Source: an uncultured Candidatus Saccharibacteria bacterium
Lineage (GTDB): Bacteria; Patescibacteriota; Minisyncoccia; Minisyncoccales; JAGOPM01
Reading direction: 5' to 3'
DNA length: 64,000 nucleotides
NCBI GenBank assembly: GCA_964596325.1
Contig: CAZQSQ010000002.1
Coordinates: 10,820-74,819, forward strand
Under the pieces are notes generated by a model, which saw only the letters and a program-made list of their open reading frames with translations, made no database searches and was not told where the DNA came from. How positions within the stretch are numbered: the first letter of the stretch is position 1; every line of letters starts with the position of its first letter. This document shows positions 58,246-64,000 of this stretch, piece by piece. The position numbers were made by a program, and so were the translations under genes.

Positions 58246-61200
58246 TATTCGCGAAACTCGCAAATATCGCGATAGTCGCACCAATCGCAATGGCGTCCCG
58301 GAGTGGCGGCAAAATTGCTCTGCTCCAAGGCTTGAGAAAAATCCTCAAACTCTTGGATTAAGTTTTCAATATCCTCATCGCTGCCCAAAAACGATAAAGT
58401 TGAACCATCTTCCAAATAATAATAAATCAGCTCCACGGGTTCGGCTTTATGCACTTGCTTGGCCGCTATTTGATAAATCAAAAGCTGCGCCTTGGTCTGG
58501 TCGTCCAGCTTATCCTTGGGCGTACCGGTTTTATAATCAATAATGGCAATTTTTCCTTGTCCTCTATCATCAATGCGGTCAATTTTTCCATAAACAGCTT
58601 TGTCCCCTATCTTAATTGTAAAGGAAGATTCCAATGCCCCCCTACCATCGATTTGATATAGTTTAGGCGGGTTGGTTTTCAGGTTCTCATAAAAATTCTT
58701 CAATATTTCCCGGCCTTTTTGGTAATAATCCTCTTTTTGTTTTTTTGATTCAAACCACTCATCCTGCCAGTGCTTATCATAAAGCTTGTAAAGCTCTTCG
58801 ATATCGGGGAATTGTCCCCTGTCCTTAGTGGAACCGAACAGGTCTTTTTGCTCCGACTTGCGGGCACAAAGGTCGACAAACTCCTCAACTGTGGAATGGA
58901 TGGAGCGGCCAAAGGTTGTCGAGGCGCGGCCACGTTTAGGCACGCGCATGATATGCTCCAATTTATATTGGTAAGGACATTTTTCAAAGGCGGCCAGCTG
59001 GGTATAAGAAAGGGTTTCGGGCAGCTTGTAGCTAAGGGAATTTTTCTCCGGGTTTTTATGATTGGGCTTAAGCGCGGAAATGTCGGCGGATTCCACTTTT
59101 TTGGCTTTGCAGACTTGGGCCAAGCCGATTTCTGAGAGAAACTTACTGGGCACGCGCGTGCGCTTAAGGCCGGGCTCAACTTGGGCATGGCTTAAATACA
59201 GCCCCAAACGAGCCCGGGTTAAGGCCACATAAAATAACCGGCGCTCTTCCTGCTCGTGAAAAATTTTATCATCGCCTTGCAGCTGGACTGCCTCGAGAGC
59301 ATCGCCCTCCTTTTGGCGGCGCGCGTAAAGCAAGCTCTGGGGTATTTCAAGCCCGCCCCCGCGGTTATAAGTCGGGAAATGCGACTGCACCAAATCAATC
59401 ACAAAAACATGGTTGAATTCCAAACCTTTGGCCTTGTGCACAGTCATCACCTGCACTTGTTCAAAACTGGCTTGAGCCAGATCGGAACGGATTGTGCCCT
59501 TTTCCCCGGACTCGATTTCAAAATTCACCTGCTCCAAAAAGTCGGAAAGCCGGCACTGGACTTGCGACTCTTCGAATTCCTTGAGCTGTTCCAAAAATTG
59601 ATTAAGCAAATCGACATTTTCTTTGGCTTGGCGCGGATTAGTTTTTTCGTCCTGCAATATCCATGAGAAGTATCCGGCTTCCTCCAAATAAACCGTGAAT
59701 GTTTCGCTTAAAGTATGCTCTTTGAGCATTTCGCGGTGCCGCTCCACCAGAGAAGTGATTTTATTGCACGCCGCCAGAGCTTGGCCCGAAATTTGCGGCA
59801 CTGAGCCGGCTAGCTTCAAGCCTTCGTAGAGCGATAAAGTTTTTTTCCGGCAATGCTCGGTAATCTTAGAGATGTCATCCTCAGGCACATCAAAAACCGG
59901 AGCGCGCAAAACCTTATAAACCGCCGCGCTTTCGTGGTAATTATCCAACAGTTTCAAATAAGAAAGAGCCTCCAAGATTATCGGCTTTTGGTAAAAGCCC
60001 TTGCTCGCCAAAAAACGAAAATCAATGCCTTCGCGCTGCAAAACTGAGCAAATTTTCTGCGCCTGCGCATTGGTGCGCGCCAAAATGGCAAAATCGGGGT
60101 ATTCCAAATCCTGCGGGCTTTTATTGGGAGTAAAACACTTTTGCAATTCTTTTATTTTTTGCACCACGCGCCTGGCCTCTTCCTCCACATCTTGGCACTG
60201 CCAAACTTCAAATGCTCCAACCTGCCCAGAATCAGCACAAAGTCTTTTTAACTCTTCCAGCCGAATTTGCTGTTTCAAAAAATTATCCGCGACTTCCTTT
60301 TTATGCGCCACATAATGCTCCAAACGATTGGGATTATTGTTAACAATGCTTTTGTAAGCCCAATCCAAAATACTTTGCGTTGAACGATAATTGGTTTTAA
60401 GAACCACGATTTTGGCCTCGGGAAAATCATGGCAAAAATCCAAAACATTTTCCAAAACTGCCCCGCGAAAACGGTAAATGGATTGGTCGTCATCGCCCAC
60501 CACACTCAAATTGTTTTTGGGCGCAGCCAAAATTTTGACCAGCTCGTATTGGATGCGGTTAGTATCTTGAAATTCATCGACTAAAATATATTTGAACTTA
60601 TCCCGGTAAATTTTAAGCGTAGCCGGGCTTTTTTTGAAAAGTTTCAGGCAATAGTTAAGCTGGTCGCCGAAATCCAAAGAGTTATTGTCGAGCAATGTCT
60701 TTTGATACATGGCATAGGCTCTGGCCACCTCGGCGGCCTTTTCCATTTCCTCGCGCATAACATCCAAATCGTCCCCGGCCTTTGCCCCGTTATCGGTTAA
60801 GTCTACGCGCAAGCTGTCGGCATATTCCAAATAATGCTCGGGATAAATTCCCTCTTCCTTGCATTCCTTAAAATGATAGCTCAGCTGGTCTAAAAATTTG
60901 GCGGGATTGCCCAAGGATTGGTAATGCTTAAAATCAAACTTATCCAAATTCTTGCGCATCAAAATCCACCCTTGGTTGTCGCTTAGTATTTTGAAATCAT
61001 CGGCAAGGCCGATATCAAAGCAATGCCGGCGCAAAATTTTGTCGCAAAAAGCGTGAAAAGTCTGAATCCACAAATCGCAATAAGCCCAATCGGTATTTTC
61101 CTCGATAATTTTATCCTCCAAATGCGCGGCGGCATCTTCATTGAACACAAGGCAGAGAATTTCTTCCGGCTTGGCTTTTCCCGAATTAACCAAATACTTA

Positions 61201-61310
61201 AACCGCTCCTTCAGCACGGTGGTTTTGCCCGTTCCGGCTCCGGCCACGATCAGGAGGGGGCCCTGCCCATGTTCGATTGCTTTTTTTTGCTCCAAATTTG
61301 GACTGCTCAT
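58245..61310 (-). CDS. UvrD/PcrA-type helicase fused to C-terminal PD-(D/E)XK Fe-S nuclease
   Basis: AGAGTGKT, DEFQD, GDDDQSIY, TVHKAKGLEF, YVALTRA; CP...GKIDRID..DYKT...CDWC.....C. Confidence 0.93.
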   Translation of the reverse strand: MSSPNLEQKKAIEHGQGPLLIVAGAGTGKTTVLKERFKYLVNSGKAKPEEILCLVFNEDAAAHLEDKIIEENTDWAYCDLWIQTFHAFCDKILRRHCFDIGLADDFKILSDNQGWILMRKNLDKFDFKHYQSLGNPAKFLDQLSYHFKECKEEGIYPEHYLEYADSLRVDLTDNGAKAGDDLDVMREEMEKAAEVARAYAMYQKTLLDNNSLDFGDQLNYCLKLFKKSPATLKIYRDKFKYILVDEFQDTNRIQYELVKILAAPKNNLSVVGDDDQSIYRFRGAVLENVLDFCHDFPEAKIVVLKTNYRSTQSILDWAYKSIVNNNPNRLEHYVAHKKEVADNFLKQQIRLEELKRLCADSGQVGAFEVWQCQDVEEEARRVVQKIKELQKCFTPNKSPQDLEYPDFAILARTNAQAQKICSVLQREGIDFRFLASKGFYQKPIILEALSYLKLLDNYHESAAVYKVLRAPVFDVPEDDISKITEHCRKKTLSLYEGLKLAGSVPQISGQALAACNKITSLVERHREMLKEHTLSETFTVYLEEAGYFSWILQDEKTNPRQAKENVDLLNQFLEQLKEFEESQVQCRLSDFLEQVNFEIESGEKGTIRSDLAQASFEQVQVMTVHKAKGLEFNHVFVIDLVQSHFPTYNRGGGLEIPQSLLYARRQKEGDALEAVQLQGDDKIFHEQEERRLFYVALTRARLGLYLSHAQVEPGLKRTRVPSKFLSEIGLAQVCKAKKVESADISALKPNHKNPEKNSLSYKLPETLSYTQLAAFEKCPYQYKLEHIMRVPKRGRASTTFGRSIHSTVEEFVDLCARKSEQKDLFGSTKDRGQFPDIEELYKLYDKHWQDEWFESKKQKEDYYQKGREILKNFYENLKTNPPKLYQIDGRGALESSFTIKIGDKAVYGKIDRIDDRGQGKIAIIDYKTGTPKDKLDDQTKAQLLIYQIAAKQVHKAEPVELIYYYLEDGSTLSFLGSDEDIENLIQEFEDFSQALEQSNFAATPGRHCDWCDYRDICEFRE

Positions 61311-61350
61311 GTATTAGATTATGGCATAAACAAAGCCTCTTTTCAAAATT

Positions 61351-61375
61351 AAAAAAATCCCAATTTCTGGGATTT
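61351..61375 (-). terminator. Terminator of orphan gene
   Basis: AAATCCCA/TGGGATTT with A tract. Confidence 0.65.
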
Positions 61376-61380
61376 ATGCG

Positions 61381-61947
61381 CTAATCTTGAGGCGTTTCGC
61401 CGTGCAAGAAAGCATCCTCGAGGGCCGAGCAAAGATCATTGACTTGTTCTGACGGAAAATTGTAAAGCGGGTCGTTTCCTTCTTTACTTAGGGTTACGTT
61501 TTTGTTGAGATCGCTGATAATCTCCTCAATCTTTCCGCAATCAAAATGCTTGATATCCCGTGACCAAACCGAGATAATCTCCGGCGGACAATCATTCTTA
61601 ACCCAAAAAACTGAATGCCGCAGCATTTCCCCTTTAGCTGAAATGGCTTGGCCGACATTTTTCTTGTCCTTATCTTCAAGCAAAAATGCCGCCAAGGCGC
61701 CATTGACCAAAGTTTTGGGGCAGGCACTAAGCTGCGCAAGCAACCACTGCTTTTCGCCAAAGATTGAATTAAAAGACAAGATGCAAGGCTTATGCAACGA
61801 AGCATAGCGGACATGCGAAGTGTGCGCATCACTGACCCGGAATAACACCACACTTCTGCCCTCTAATTCTGGCAAATCAGCAATCTTTTGGGGAGCGAAA
61901 AATTCAGCGACCGTGGAAACGATTTCTCTATCTTTTACTACTCCCAT
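61381..61947 (-). CDS. Hypothetical protein (orphan)
   Basis: AAGGAGGTG SD before ATG 61947; flanked by terminators. Confidence 0.65.
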   Translation of the reverse strand: MGVVKDREIVSTVAEFFAPQKIADLPELEGRSVVLFRVSDAHTSHVRYASLHKPCILSFNSIFGEKQWLLAQLSACPKTLVNGALAAFLLEDKDKKNVGQAISAKGEMLRHSVFWVKNDCPPEIISVWSRDIKHFDCGKIEEIISDLNKNVTLSKEGNDPLYNFPSEQVNDLCSALEDAFLHGETPQD

Positions 61948-62047
61948 TTTCACCTCCTTTTTTAAGGTAATAACTGAGCTTGCCAAACAAAATTAACCCT
62001 GTCAACAATTATTTATTCCCCGGCTGTAGTAAGGAATTTTTTTATCC

Positions 62048-62072
62048 AAAAACCCGCCTCAACAGGCGGGTT
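62048..62072 (-). terminator. Terminator after prmC
   Basis: AACCCGCCT/AGGCGGGTT. Confidence 0.75.
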
Positions 62073-62826
62073 ATTTATATGAAGCGATAAAATAGCGGGG
62101 TTTTTTGAATTGATCTTTGCAAATTTCCGCCTTGTAGCCTTCTTTTTTAAGCAAGACCCGCAAATCTTTGGCCGTGCGCGAATCAAATTCGCAAAATAGC
62201 TTTCCGCCGGGCTTGAGATGCTTTTTGGCTTGCGTAAGCAGCTTGCGGATATATTGCAGGCCATCCTTGCCCCCGAATAAAAACGAACTGCTCTCATGGC
62301 GCAAAACAGAATCTTGCACGTCTTTGGCAAATATTTCCGGAATGTAAGGCGGGTTGGCAAAAATATAATCAAAACCGCCTTCCAAATCCTCCAAGATATC
62401 GCTTTGTTTGATAGCGGCGCGGGAAAGCCCGATCTTGTTGAGTTTGATATTTTTAGCCGTCTGCATCAGGCAAAAAGGATCAAGGTCGGCAAAAATCACT
62501 TTGGCCTTTTTTAATTTTTTTAGTGCCGCAATACCAATGCAACCCGAGCCGCAAAAAACATCCAAAATAAAAAGCTCTTTTCCCTGGGGCAAATCCGCCA
62601 AAATCTTTTCTACCCAAAACTCGGTTTCGTCCCTAGGGATAAGCGGCCTAAATTCTAAATCGATTTTGTTGCACAAAAATGGCCGCCAGCCGATAACATA
62701 ATCCAAAAGCTCGCCCTTCATCAAAAGCGCAACGTCCTTCCAAAAGGTCTGGGACTGCTTCCCTTTATATTTCTCCCGAAGAAGAATGGATATGTCGCGC
62801 TCGATTGTCGAGATTTTGGGTTTCAT
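62071..62826 (-). CDS. prmC: Release factor glutamine methyltransferase (HemK/PrmC)
   Basis: LIPR.ETE, D..CGSGCIG, NPPY, GG.DGL. Confidence 0.9.
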   Translation of the reverse strand: MKPKISTIERDISILLREKYKGKQSQTFWKDVALLMKGELLDYVIGWRPFLCNKIDLEFRPLIPRDETEFWVEKILADLPQGKELFILDVFCGSGCIGIAALKKLKKAKVIFADLDPFCLMQTAKNIKLNKIGLSRAAIKQSDILEDLEGGFDYIFANPPYIPEIFAKDVQDSVLRHESSSFLFGGKDGLQYIRKLLTQAKKHLKPGGKLFCEFDSRTAKDLRVLLKKEGYKAEICKDQFKKPRYFIASYK

Positions 62827-62829
62827 AAA

Positions 62830-62893
62830 TCCAAATATCAAATTACAAATGTAAACCAATTAAAGTGAATTTTTGAAATTTGGCATTTGATAT
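62830..62893. repeat. Inverted heptamer array (NNCAAAT / ATTTGNN)
   Basis: tccaaat atcaaat tacaaat ... atttggc atttgat. Confidence 0.65.
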
Positions 62894-62903
62894 CGGCCTT
62901 AAA

Positions 62904-63164
62904 TTACATTCCCATCTTGCCCTTGAGCATTGGGGCCATTTGCATCAGGCGCATTTGCAGTTGCTTATTAGCTTCAGAAATTGCTTCTTTGAGAAGTTTT
63001 TCCAATTTTGCCGTATCGTGAGCCGGATTAAGCTTGATATCCTCAATTTCCATCAGGCCATTAATAACAACCTTAACGCCTTCTTTGTCTACTTCAATCT
63101 TTTCTTTTTTGAGCTGGCTTTGCAGGTCCAGAGCCTGTTTCATTTGTTTGATTTGATCGAACAT
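62904..63164 (-). CDS. YbaB/EbfC nucleoid-associated protein
   Basis: MKQA..LQ..L......GVKV.ING...I..I. Confidence 0.85.
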   Translation of the reverse strand: MFDQIKQMKQALDLQSQLKKEKIEVDKEGVKVVINGLMEIEDIKLNPAHDTAKLEKLLKEAISEANKQLQMRLMQMAPMLKGKMGM

Positions 63165-63178
63165 AGTTTTTTGATAAT

Positions 63179-63245
63179 ACCAAATTCAAATGACAAAGTC
63201 CAAATTTCAAATTATTCCCCTTTGCTTTGACATTTGCAATTTGAT
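63179..63245. repeat. Inverted heptamer array (NNCAAAT / ATTTGNN)
   Basis: accaaat tcaaat gacaaag tccaaat ttcaaat ... ctttgac atttgca atttgat. Confidence 0.7.
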
Positions 63246-63251
63246 TTTCGT

Positions 63252-63998
63252 TTATTTATGGTTTTCTAATAGCCGCACCAACATTCTTACCGGCGCTCCC
63301 GTGGCTCCCTTGGCCAAATATTCATCATCAGCAGGCAACATTCTTGGCGCGATATCGATATGAGCCCAAGGATAATCTTTGGCAAACTGCCATAAAAAGG
63401 CTGCGGCCGTGCAGGCACCGCCCCGGCGGGTTTTGGCCGTGTTGGTCAAATCCGCAAATTGGCCGCGAATTTCCTCTTCGAATTCTTCCCATAGAGGCAG
63501 CGGCCAAATATAATCTCCGGCCAGCTCACCGCTGGATTTCAGGTCGTGCTCTATGGCATGATCCTTGGTAAAAACCGCACTGGCGCGGCTGCCCAAGGCC
63601 GAATGGGCTGCCCCAGTCAATGTGGCCACATCGATGACCAATTTGGGACGAAATTTTTTGGCATAAGTCAGAGCATCGGCTAAAATTAAACGGCCTTCCG
63701 CATCAGTAGACATTACTTCCACGGTCTTGCCTGACAAAGTTTTGAGCACATCTCCCGGACGGTAGCTATTACCCGAGGGCATATTTTCGGTAGCCGGAAT
63801 CAAAGCGATAATATTTTTGCGCAAACCCAAGCGAGCGGCCGCCTCCAAGGTATGCAAAACCGCGCCCGCGCCGGCCATATCCATATGCATGTCGCAAAGC
63901 GCCTCATCAGGCTTGATATTAATGCCGCCCGAATCAAAGGTTACACCCTTACCAACCAAAACAATCGGCTTACCGGAATTGGGCGCGCCCCAATATTC
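63252..63998 (-). CDS. pepA: Leucyl aminopeptidase M17 (5'-truncated by window)
   Basis: VGKGVTFDSGG, DMAG, TDAEGRL.LAD, ATLTGA, HIDIA. Confidence 0.95.
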   Translation of the reverse strand, partial: EYWGAPNSGKPIVLVGKGVTFDSGGINIKPDEALCDMHMDMAGAGAVLHTLEAAARLGLRKNIIALIPATENMPSGNSYRPGDVLKTLSGKTVEVMSTDAEGRLILADALTYAKKFRPKLVIDVATLTGAAHSALGSRASAVFTKDHAIEHDLKSSGELAGDYIWPLPLWEEFEEEIRGQFADLTNTAKTRRGGACTAAAFLWQFAKDYPWAHIDIAPRMLPADDEYLAKGATGAPVRMLVRLLENHK

Positions 63999-64000
63999 CA

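Noticed and set aside
1-64000. CRISPR array or cas operon (prompted by two Cas4-like PD-(D/E)XK nucleases)
   Set aside because: No regularly spaced 25-45 bp repeats and no cas1/cas2 or effector genes were seen.
1-64000. Alternative genetic code (TGA=Gly, code 25)
   Set aside because: Conserved genes are full length under code 11 and several end at TGA (for example rpmA, gap, eno).

Overview
Compact, gene-dense bacterial chromosome segment read with genetic code 11. The gene set, AT-rich SD-less leaders and streamlined proteins point to a CPR/Patescibacteria (Parcubacteria-like) genome; this assignment is inference. Left to right it holds femAB, ftsQ and a GT39 glycosyltransferase; a CIRCE-controlled hrcA-grpE-dnaK-dnaJ operon; tRNA-Lys with a duplicated 3' end; ctpA, rplI, rpmA and uppS. 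A single Xer recombinase with a palindromic dif-like site sits where gene orientation flips from + to -, a probable replication terminus. Then come gltX, a peptidoglycan cluster with a MurD2/MurL-type pair, aspS/trpS/valS, SAM-I riboswitch-metK, obgE, and a fermentative cluster (ferredoxin, pfkB, ppsA, split ADP-forming acetate-CoA ligase, gap, gpmI, a strongly eukaryote-like enolase, galU). After ftsZ and a CDP-archaeol synthase homolog lies a ~16 kb co-oriented block in which DNA-processing enzymes (EndoQ-like, PD-(D/E)XK nuclease, UvrD-nuclease fusion) alternate with four large secreted Cys-rich VWA and papain-like proteins. No CRISPR array, rRNA, transposase or reverse transcriptase was seen.
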